Made by a program: the position numbers and the translations under genes
Shown here: positions 37,420 through 48,192 of the stretch, piece by piece
Position numbering within the stretch: the stretch's first letter is position 1
How the letters are laid out: each line of letters starts with the position of its first letter
The notes under the pieces: model-generated
Seen by the model: the letters and a program-made list of their open reading frames with translations, nothing else
Told to the model about the DNA's origin: nothing
Database searches by the model: none
Origin: Selaginella moellendorffii
Lineage: Eukaryota; Plantae; Lycopodiophyta
DNA: 64,000 nucleotides
NCBI RefSeq assembly: GCF_000143415.4
Contig: NW_003314374.1
Span: 22,604-86,603, forward strand
Direction: 5' to 3'

Positions 37420-37560
37420 CCAAGTCCGAGATCAATTTCGAGACTAACTCCAAGACCGAGTTTGAGACTGAGTCCGAGATCCAATATTAGGTCTAAGACT
37501 GAGTCCAAGATCAAGTCCAAGACCAAGTCCAAAATCAAATTTGAGATCGAGTCCAAATAC
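37420..37560 (+). repeat. Degenerate 6/12-bp minisatellite (gagtccgagatc-like) in the LTR
   Basis: aagtccgagatc..gagtttgagactgagtccgagatc..gagtccaagatcaagtccaagaccaagtcc. Confidence 0.7.
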
Positions 37561-38747
37561 TAATAAGGGTCATGGGGTGAAACCCCAAAGCGAAGGGGGT
37601 TCCAAAAGTATAATAGGGATAGTAAGATCTAGGAATTAGTTTTGAAAGAACTCTCCAATAGTGTTTCTAAATCAACTTGAGGTTGGGACTGGGGGTTAAG
37701 GGCTTTGGGTTGGAGTAAGCACAAACTCAGGTGGTGCCAGAGAGCCCATCCAAGGAAGTGCTCAAGAGTAGCTCTCACTTTGGGAAGGGAAGTCAGTTAT
37801 AGTGCTTTTGGCTCATGTGGAGTGGTGAGTGGTGCCTTATTTGAGTACCATATAACTCATTGGTCTTTGCTCCTTCCTAAGGGTTTAAGCCTTTCCTTTA
37901 TGACAAAAGTGAGGGAGTAAAGGTACCTATACTAGGCCGTTAGGCTATAGTGTTTCCCCCATGAGGTCTTGAAATAAGAGATGCACTCAAGGCTTGGGAT
38001 TTAAAAGTCCTATGATCAAATTTTATTGTACCAAGGGATGTAAAAACTTGAAGACTTGGTGTGTTTGGTTACTTGTGCTTGTGGGGAATGTAGCCGAACT
38101 CTAAGTTCAATTTAACCCAAGGAAGGGGATTGAGAAAGAATTTGAGAATCCATGGATGGATGGCTAACACCTTATTGCTCATGTAGTGAGTAGCTAAATC
38201 TAAGTAAGACTGAGTAGGAGCTAATACAATAGGTAAGAACTTTGGGAAGGGAATTTAAGTAAAGCTAAAGCAGTGGTGGTCTAATAGACTAGGTAAGTTG
38301 GCAAATGAGAAAGGGAAAATTTATGGCTTACAGGTTTGTGGTATAGCTCCTCTTGCTCTTGTTGCCAATCTTCATGTCTAGCTAGAGTTTTTTGTGGGAG
38401 ACTTAGGAATGATGTACACAATTGGTTCAATCACTTTACGGTGATTGTTATATATCATTCTTGGGATAATGCTTGATATTTATGTGAGTTTCCCATGTGT
38501 CTCCAAGGGAAGGCACTATAGTGATACAATGGTTTGAGCACAACCACTCATAAGGATTGGAGCATTCTCCTAGACATCTTTAAATATGCATTTGGACATA
38601 CTAACGATTGTGATGATGCCTTTCAACAATTGTATTATCTTTGTCAAGGGCCATTTGAGTTAGTGATGCAATTTAACATTCATTTCTAAAACCTCTTACT
38701 TCATGTAGAGCAAAATATATTAGAGTGGATCAAATTAGGAATGTTGT

Positions 38748-41700
38748 TGTAGCGCATGTGGTTTTTACCCTTTATCCTATGGTGATTTACCATAGGATAA
38801 CACCACAAAGCGGAACCTAAACCCTCTTTGTGCCACGTGACAGATGCCACGTGTCCAAAGGAACGTGGTGCAGAACTCAAGGTTCAGGGTTTTGGGCCAC
38901 TGAACGAAGGAATGGTGCAAAACTCCCAAGCATGGAGCCAAGGAGTGACGAAACTGAACCACGGAGCAACTCCCGAGCATACAGCCCAAGGAGCGAAGGG
39001 ACAGGAGCCCGGAGCGACTTGGAACAGTCCTAGAGCAACCAGCATCCCAATGCTAGGACCAGCATGCAAAATGGAGCCAAACGAAGTCTGGTGCTATTTC
39101 GGCATACCGGTGGCCTAACGTGAGGATATGGGTACTCCAGTAGCTAGCATGGAATGGAACTTGAGCTTAGACCCAAGCCGGACGCAAAACAAGGACAGAC
39201 ACGCAAGCGGAAGCTAGACTATGCCTCAGGTTGGTGGGCCATGCCCGACCTACCCATTATCCCTACTATACATTTGGAACCCCCCACAGCCCCTCCCCCC
39301 CCCCCCCCCCTTGAGGAGCACACGCTTTGGGCTTTCACCCCAAGCCTCCCTTAGTATCAGGAGTTAGTCTCTGGGACAAGCTCGAAACTTACTAAATATG
39401 GAATGTCTTTAGATTGCGAATTTGGACACGGGACGAACACCATTGTGTTCAGGCCGATTTCTACATTCCGTAGATATGCCAAATGAGCAAATCTGGACAC
39501 TTTCCATAAATAGCATTTGGGACCGAAATGAAACTAACACAAAGGGCATGATAGCGAGGGTGTTTGGCAGACACAATAAGCTATCATCCAGCGATATTGA
39601 GGGACCAATCTCAATACACGAGGGTTCTTGTCACTAGCCAGTGCAAGACATAACGAGACGGGAACTCCTTACCGGGCTAAGTATGCTTAGCTAATAACAC
39701 GTAGGAATTTTGTCCTTATGCTCGTCCGGTCTAAGTACACTCGAAATGCCCAATTAACTCCACTAGCACAAGAGGGACTAATAAAGGGTCTAGCAATACC
39801 GACCTCCTGCCGTCGTGGTAGTAAGGTAAGAGTGTCCGTAAGGACTGGTCGACAGGTAACTTTCGATACCCGAAGTCACATTCGCGACACTCTCCCCCCC
39901 TAGGGAAGATCAACGTCTTCGTCGATGCATACTCGAGTCTAGAATACTGCCAAGGAAACAACTCCAAAAAAAGTTCACGGTACTCACACTATATGAGAAA
40001 TGCACCAACTTAAATGAGTTAGGGGGCAACCTCTTTGTCTAACGCTGATGCGCTACCAACTCAGACACCTTCCGGCCGTCGCCGACAAGGAAATGACCAA
40101 CAAAGTTAGCCACCCTTGCTGCTCTGGGTGTCACCCAGCTACAAAAGTGTGATACGCCCCTACCCGCAAGGACATAGAGAGAGAAGCCAGAGGCCCCAAC
40201 CCTCCTGAGCAAAGAAACCAAACCCGTCAGTAAAGTTTAGATAGACTACTGTAAACAGGCAGTTAGAGTTGTTTACACGGTCACGCCCTTTCAACGGAAT
40301 AAGGAACATCGACAGAGAGGCGGGTTATGTAACCAGTCGACAGTAGCTACCCCATGACTAGAGATTTCAACATGCACACGAAGTGCCGAAGCCAGTCTGC
40401 CTATACTGGCCCAAACTTCAAAGATTAATATAGGGACTATATCAAAGTTATAGACAATGATATCTTAGAGTCGTAAGTATCATTCGATAAACTAGTATGA
40501 TAGGATAGGAACCACCAAGATCACTATTTTTGGAAAACATAGGATTCACCATCCAACAAAATTCAATAGCAAGTATATCATCAAGTAAACTCAATGAGAA
40601 AACTTAACTATCGAAGATTGGAGACAGTATGCTAAATAACTTACAAAAGATAACTCAAAGAACACAAGTATCCTTAACCAACAAGCACAATGCTCGTGAA
40701 TGTATCACCCGAAGGAAATAACATCATAATCTATCAAGACTAACTCGAGCAACAATCAACAAAACAGAATGAATATGGTAAGACCAACAAACACTTAGTC
40801 ATGCTAACCATCACATAAGTTAATATGAATAGATCCCGGTCAATAATACCAAGGAACTAGAGTTGCTTAAGTAAGTGTTAACAACGTCCTACCGATATCT
40901 CAAACCCAAGAGACCAATCCAGAGCAAACCACAAAGAACATGTGGTATTGCGAAAAGCCATAAGCCACTAAAAAGAACAACTAACCACCATGAAAGATCA
41001 TCAATCATCCCATATGCAGAATCTCCAATAACTTCTAACAAATGGAACAATGAGCACAAAACTCAAAGAACCAAAACTCGAAGAAGCCTATAACCAAGTC
41101 TTGCCTAATAATGATCACAAGTCTCATAAAAGCTAACTTCAATGCGAAAGAAGAAATCATGATGCAACTCACAATATCTTCCTCAACACATCCATAAGCC
41201 AAACTTCATAATGCCAAATCTAATGAAGAGCATATCTGCATCAATCCAAAAGCTAAGTATAACGAAGCTATGCTCAACAAGTGATCATCAAACGATCCTC
41301 CATGAATCCATCTATAGCAAGACATAACTCACTTCATAACAAGCCCAAAAAGAATCATTAATGATCGCTATATCCCAAACTCAAATCCAGCAAGGACTCA
41401 ACATTCTAATATCGATCACTAACTCTTCCTCTTGTAGAGTTAGCATAGTCCATACCTAAATCACTTTTCAAGGAAAAGCTAAAGCTCAGCCCTCTACTAA
41501 ATAATCTCGTCTAGAACACAACTAACTCAACTTGCCACTCAGTTTGTTTGAATGTCAACACAGTTGCTAACTAGCAAATGCACGAATGCCAACAACACAA
41601 AGCTATAGCCAAATCATCGACACTATCTTCATCAAGACTAATGAAACTCAATATCAATCCTTGGAAGGATATCTCATTTCACTCAGATCTCAATATCAAC

Positions 41701-44700
41701 AATGTCAATGACAAAGCATCACTTCAATGCCATCAACACCAAAACAAAGTTAGAAGAAAGCACGAGTGAATCACCACTCAAAACTCTCCAGCAACCAAGC
41801 TAACCAAAGTCGAAGATACCTTAGTCAGTATCCGAGACCAATCCTCCAACAAAACTTAGTTACAGATAACACTTCATCAAAGAGTGAGTCACCACGTCCA
41901 AGACTCAATGAAATCCAACACTACGGACTAGATGTAACCAAATGATATCGATAGAGGTAGAGTCGACATGTCAACATGAAAAGCTCATGTAAACCTAACG
42001 ACACGATCCTCCACAACACCATCCGGTAAAGCAAGCCTATCACTGCTAAATCATCATCGAGCGAAGCAAGTATCAACAGTCTTTTGACAAAGTCTACAAG
42101 TAATCACTAGTTGCAAAGCAACTAACAATCACCCTTCAACTTGCCTTCACAAGACCCGAACACTCATGTCATCGAGTCACATACTTGTCCAACATGAACA
42201 CAATACCCCAGGTATGAGATCAAAGTTCATAGACAAGCACAAACTAAATGACCACTCGAATCCAACTCAACCACAATAAGCTCACTAATGCATTTAGTCA
42301 ATAGCTCTGAGCATGCCTTGAAGAGGCTAGCTATGCAATCAACACTCAGTCGAAACTAAAGTGAAGACCATAAGATGGACTCATATCGGTACACAACCTC
42401 CTAATAGACATAGCTATAGTACGGGTACCAACATCTCAACCTTGAACAACTAAATTGAACATCACCATCCTTAGCCAAGACGTAGGGCCACCAAGACTAA
42501 GTCAAGATCAGTGAAAGCTCACTACTCTCATAGAGTTTAACGTAATGCAAGGTGCAACCTACCACCAAGCACAACGCTACAAAAGAAAGGTACAAGATCA
42601 CCTTTCTGAAAAAAGTGTATAGCCACTTTTCTACACCAACTCCAGACTCTATCCAACTCAATTGCCACAGCCCCAAAAGTCAGCATCCCTGTCGGGTCGC
42701 ATTATACAAACTATTTACTAAGGTTTAAGCCAACTGAAGCCAACTCCAACCCCTTCAATAGTTTGTACTAGCTTACGAAAACGGAATGGTTTTCGAGCAA
42801 AGTGACTAACAGATTAGCTATTGGAAAAGCCTAAGAAAATTTGTGGAAAATTTCCATCCTAGAGAAAGAATGATTCTCAGTCTAGGATTGCAAACTTTCA
42901 AAACTCAACCAACTTCCTCCTACTAACAACTTCATATAGGTTCACCTCAACACAAATTCTCATGATCTATCAATATGCTTAAGCATCGAACATCTTTGCC
43001 CGTTTAACTGATATCCAACACAGACATCCGCAAAGTGCAAAATGAACATCCAAAGTTTGATCACGAAGACCACATCTTCGGATATCCACATTGCACTAAC
43101 ACTCTTCCTCAATTACCTTCAAGATCCAATGTGAAGCCAAAACACTAATAAGAAAAATGACATGGAAAATCAAGTTTCAAGGAAAATTCCTCATCACTTG
43201 AAATAACAATGCCACCTCCACTAACACAAGTGTTAGTGATGTCAATGCCCCAACTACACATCTTCTCCATTCGATAATCTACTCCAAGTGTTAACGGATA
43301 AACGAACAAGTCATAGCAAGTGAATGTTATAACCTTTTTCCAACATCTAAGGGGCAAACTCAAGGAAACAAGGTGCCAACTTAAACTCAGCATAATGGAT
43401 CACCATTGAGAATCCAGTCAAAGCTACTACAATGCTACTTTGTGCAAGTAGACTTAGCTTCTCCACTTTGGGGTTGATCATCGTCTAACCAAGCAACTTC
43501 GTAAACACATTGCTCATTATCACATGGATATGATATAAAATCACAATGACTTGATCATCAATTGAGCAACACCACGAGCAACACCTATGTCACTACTACA
43601 AAAGTTTATGTAAGTATCAAGTGTCAACTCAATTCAACAAAATGCAACATAAATGCCACACTTCACTGATAGAGATTTACAACATTGAACACCACTAACT
43701 TTTGTTCATAACACAGACAAGCTCATGCCACTCTCTTTCCGACCAAACTCAAAACTAATCCAACACCAAGCTACTCAAGGAGCAATAGCAAGGTTCCCCA
43801 GAAAAGAATTGAACATTGCAACCCAAGTCTTCCAATAGCAAGCCTAGACAAAATGGTATAGCACTTCACCGCTATCCATCCCACAACTTACCATTGTAAG
43901 ACCATCATCTCCAACATGCATCAAAGTAGGGACCCTTGATTGCATAATATGAACATGAGCAATGAGTTAACACCTCATTGCAAATCATCTCTCCAAGAAG
44001 AGAAAATGATTTACGTGTTTGATCCTTCGTCCCCGACGACTCTCTTTTCGGTCTCATCTTTGACTAAACCTCAAGCTTGCTTTCGCACTGCCTTCAGTTC
44101 AATCGAAGAAAAGTTTATGAGAGAGCACGGCCATGACTACTTGAACTAATAGACTAATCCCTATAGTCTTGATTGATCCACTTATAATCATGCCTAGGAA
44201 GGATCCACTAGTGCCGTGCTAAACAGTTACAGACCAGCCTATTTGCCACTCATAGCAAACCCAGGGAGTTTGCTTTCACCTATGGTACAAAGAACAACTC
44301 ATAGAACCACCGATAGGCTAACATTAATCCTGCCAACTCAAAGTGTAACCTTGAGTTGCTAATGTGCCTCACTCATGAGCCCAAGCGCAAACTCGTACTA
44401 TTGGAACAACTCAATCCTTCCTATGAGCCCAAGAGCAAGCTCATATAATACGGTACAAAACGGTACAACTCAATCCTTCCTATGAGCCCAAGAGCAAGCT
44501 CATATAATCCGGTACAAAACGGTAACCAAAACCATACCCAAGGAACTATTGCGAAGTCTTTGCACCCAAACGTGTACCCACTCGGATCATCGTTTTCATC
44601 TCTACGTATGCAACGAGACTAGTTGCCCAATCTCATTGAATAGTACTCGCTGAGACTCATCCTCTGATACCAAATGTAGCACACTTGGTTTTTACCCTTT

Positions 44701-45216
44701 ATCCTATGGTGATTTACCATAAGATAACACCACGAAGCGGAACCTAAACCCTCTTTGTGCCACGTAACAGATGCCACGTGTCACATGCCACATGTCCAAA
44801 GGAACGTGGTGCGGAACTCAAGGTTCAGGATTTTGGGCCACTGAATGAAGGAACGGTGCCAAACTCCCAAGCATGGAGCCAAGGAGTGACGGAACCGAAC
44901 CATGGAGCAACTCCCGAGCATACAGCCCAAGGAGCGAAGGGACAGGAGCCCGGAGTGACTTGGAACAGTCCTAGAGCAACCAGCATCCCAATGCCAGGAC
45001 CAGCATGCAAAACAAAGCCAAATGGAGTCTGGCGCTATTTCGGCATACCGGTGGCCTAACGTGAGGATATGGGTACTCCACTAGCTAGCATGGAATGGAA
45101 CTTGGGCTTAGACCCAAGCCGGACACAGAACAAGGACAGGCACGCAAGTGGGAGCTAGACTATGCCTCAGGTTGGTCGGCCATGCCCGACCTACTATACA
45201 TTTGGAACCCCCCACA
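38748..45216 (-). mobile_element. LTR retrotransposon with paired ~541-bp LTRs and a non-coding interior (LARD-like)
   Basis: LTRs 38748-39288 and 44675-45216 with TG..CA ends; Met PBS tggtatcagag (44662-44672); G-rich PPT at 39289-39316; no long ORF in the 5.4-kb interior. Confidence 0.9.
44376..44525 (+). repeat. ~59-bp tandem repeat (about 2.5 copies) in the LTR-element leader
   Basis: acaactcaatccttcctatgagcccaagagcaagctcatataat..ggtacaaaacggt repeated. Confidence 0.85.
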
Positions 45217-46004
45217 GGAATGGCCAGGAATGCGGTAGTGAGATTCCTCGCGACCTTAGTGGTGGGTGTAAGCTCGTTTTGAGCTATCCCCAAACAAACA
45301 CTTCGTTGGCGCTGCTCATTCTTGCAGTGCGCAATGAAGCGGCTGTTGATCCTGGAGTGGGCGAGAAATGTGCGTGGTTGTGCTAGCGCACAGCCTTGCA
45401 GTGGCCCAAGCGTGCTCTGCTTGTGGATGCGCTCCTGGAGAATGCGGCGGCGGCGGATGCAAGCGAGAAACCCTAACGCTAGGGTTTTTCCCGTCGCTTC
45501 ATACCTTTCGGTGTGAGAAAATCCAGCGCCCGCAGCCATGAAGTCGAGTAGCTATAGCTTGTAATTAGGTTTGCCTATCCGTACGGCGTGTTTCTTTGCG
45601 CGAGATTCTGTGAGAAATCCAAGGTTTTTTTTTTTACCATGCCACGTCTTCTCATGTATCCCATTAGTTTATTCATGGGAAAACAGAGTTTTCTGTAAGT
45701 AAGGTTTCCTTAACAATTATTTTTAAGGAGGACCTTCCTGTGATTAAGGCGTGGGATCTGTCTCAGAGTAAGAGCACAGCAACTTGTGTTGTTTTTTTCT
45801 TTTTACCAATCAAAACACAGTTGTAGTCAAAGGTGCGCTTACATATTTTAGTTCAGCGCGTAACCAAGGACTGCATGGTAAGTTTGGGGGAACTAATCCT
45901 TATGTTGTTCACAGTCCAAAGAGGCATAAATATCGAATCTATTATGTTTCGATATGATGCTAAAGTGATGGATAGTCCTGTCTAGAAGACAGAGTTCCTG
46001 GTGC

Positions 46005-48158
46005 TCAGCTTGAGTTTGCTGAGTCGTCGAGCTGTGGTGGCCTATTGGCCGGTTCTCTCCAGATATCAAAGAGAATTTCCAAGACCGCTTGTACCGGTGT
46101 CAGGGGGCTGGTGAGAATGATATGATCCAGACCACTAAGGATGAGTCGTCTCAATGCATAGCGATGGAATCCTTTTTCCACGAAGCATTCAACGAGATTA
46201 TCAATCTCAAGGACGATACCACCAGCGGTATTAATCAGATAAAAAAGTGCAAAGACTTGCCCCAGGATCACTTTGGATGATTTTGCAGCGGGCCAGTTTG
46301 AATCTCGATGAATGTATAGCAAGACTTTGAATGGAAGTGATCGGTGCTTATCATATTTTGTGGTTAAGAAAGTACCGTCAACCCGTATGATCTGGATCTG
46401 AAGGCTCAAGAAGTGAGCGGACAGATTCACAAGCGAGCCGTCCGTGCCTACGAATGGATTATCCATCTCGTTCTGCATGGCAAGAAATCGTAATGGATAT
46501 ATCCAGAATGGATTTCCTTCGGATTTGACTTGATCAGGGTCAAGGAAACGGAGGATCATGGGGTTATTCATTGACACCAGATCGTCCATGTACCGGAAAG
46601 TGTGTTCGAATAGGCGCAGCAGATCATACCGGCCTAAACGAGTGAGTCGAGTGATAAAGTTATACTCGAAATAGAATAGGTACAGGTTACACCACAAAGG
46701 TGAGCATGAGAAGCCCATAGGAATCCCTCGGACTTGTCTCCATACTCTGTTACCCAGCCGGACATATGTGTGCCGGATGATAAAGTGATTTAGCTCGATG
46801 ACTTTCGTTGGATCCATTCTGGTGGCCTTTACTGATGAGTGGTGTAGAGGTTTCCATTCAGCCTCAAGCTCGCCGTTCTTCTTTTGAATCAGAAAAAGGT
46901 CTTTATGGAGGTGGTTTTGGTGCGCAAAGGCCAAATTGACAAGGTTTGTCATGCCCGTCGTGAGGCCTTGATCCCCCTCGAGGGGGATGGCCTCATAGCA
47001 CTTTGTGATATCTCCCGTATAGATCGTGGTGATCTTGTCGGGAAGATTAATCGCGAACTCCTGTGTGGATCCAAGGATCCAGCACGCGTTCGTTTTTCCT
47101 CCAAAGAATTTTGCCCGTGCGTAGAAATCATCGGCTACGTTTTGTAGCGCCTCCTGTATCCCTTTTAGGATAGCTGTTAGGCAAATAGTGATTTCAGAGA
47201 AGACACATCCATCCGCATTTGTTAACCAGTGCATCTTATTCTTGTGCACTTTATAGATTCCCATGAGGTAAGGGAGATCTGGTTGCTGCGGCGGGAATTC
47301 CTGTAAGGGTGGTTCACTGAGCAGTTGTTTTACAACTTGCTCAGGCATCTCAGGGACATTATTGTCCGAGACCACTAGTGAAAAGTCGTCACTATTCATC
47401 CGTGCAAGCGCTTGCTCCTGGGCCAACGTTTTGCAAAAGAAGGTGGGTGTGTTGGCCGCTTTATCTGTGCCACTGATGTACAAGTGTTTGTGTACCCACT
47501 CCAATTGCCGCTTTGCCTCCGGGGTGGTCATCACATCTACAATCGGGGTGGTCTGGCAATTTTGTACTGCCATTTGAACCCGGTAGTTGATATGCTGTTT
47601 AACAGCAGCTTCGTTGCTGGGCCAGTTACGGATGTAGACATCGGGGATTATACTGGCAATCCGATCCCAGGCTTCACAGACTTCAGCAATGACTTTTGCT
47701 GTCTGGAGTGGTTTCGGGGTGTTGTGATTGAGACCTTTCTCAATGACAGTTGTGAGTATGCGTGAGCCAAGGATCTTTGGATCCAATGTACGCACATGTC
47801 CAGTCTCGTCGAGGTAAGTCACCCATGGCCACCGTTTGCATTCGCAACCCAGTGGTGCCTGAGTGTCCCAATTACAGAAAACCTCTTTGGGTTTATAAAA
47901 GTCGTGTTTGATCTGGGGTTCATACCTCCAGCCAAATACGATGGGATCCAGGAGTTCCGCGTCTAGGCCTATCATTTCCAGGCACTCCCTCATAAGAGTA
48001 CAGATACTGATCCTCTCGAATCCGGCGCTAATATATCGGAGATGTACAAATTTTTGTTCACACTCCATTTCCTCTTTGACCAACCATTTACGTCTGGCCA
48101 AATGATGGATGTAGTGTAAAGTACACTGTGGAAGCAATCACATGAGCGCTTTCGTTAG
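46005..48158 (-). CDS. Penelope-like reverse transcriptase with CxC domain; no endonuclease visible
   Basis: CECKRWPWVTYLDETGHVRTLD (CxC), DKAANTPTFFCK, YTGDITKCYEAIP, WRQVRGIPMGFSCSPLWCNLYL, FRYMDDL, AHFLSLQI, YDK. The 710-aa frame is open; a splice acceptor at 48159 is followed by one in-frame TGA just upstream of the ORF. Confidence 0.9.
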
Positions 48159-48192
48159 CTACCAATCATGGAAGGAGAAAACAGAAATTTAT

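Larger units (their letters stand above)
35130..38745 (+). mobile_element. Degenerate chromovirus-type Gypsy: integrase and chromodomain, LTR from ~36967, then a gag remnant
   Basis: YGRPKEIISDQDKIFTS, HPVFHVTLLK, chromodomain EEKYKVKAI..EFYIK*..EATWELEENL; gag-like LCQGPFELVMQFNIHF (~38640); the LTR's 3' boundary is unresolved. Confidence 0.75.

Noticed and set aside
38828-39118. Paired 96/100-aa ORFs (also 44757-45059)
   Set aside because: They lie within the two LTRs; their similarity simply reflects LTR duplication
44376-44525. Repeat array as a possible CRISPR
   Set aside because: Head-to-tail repeats without unique spacers, in eukaryotic DNA, with no cas genes
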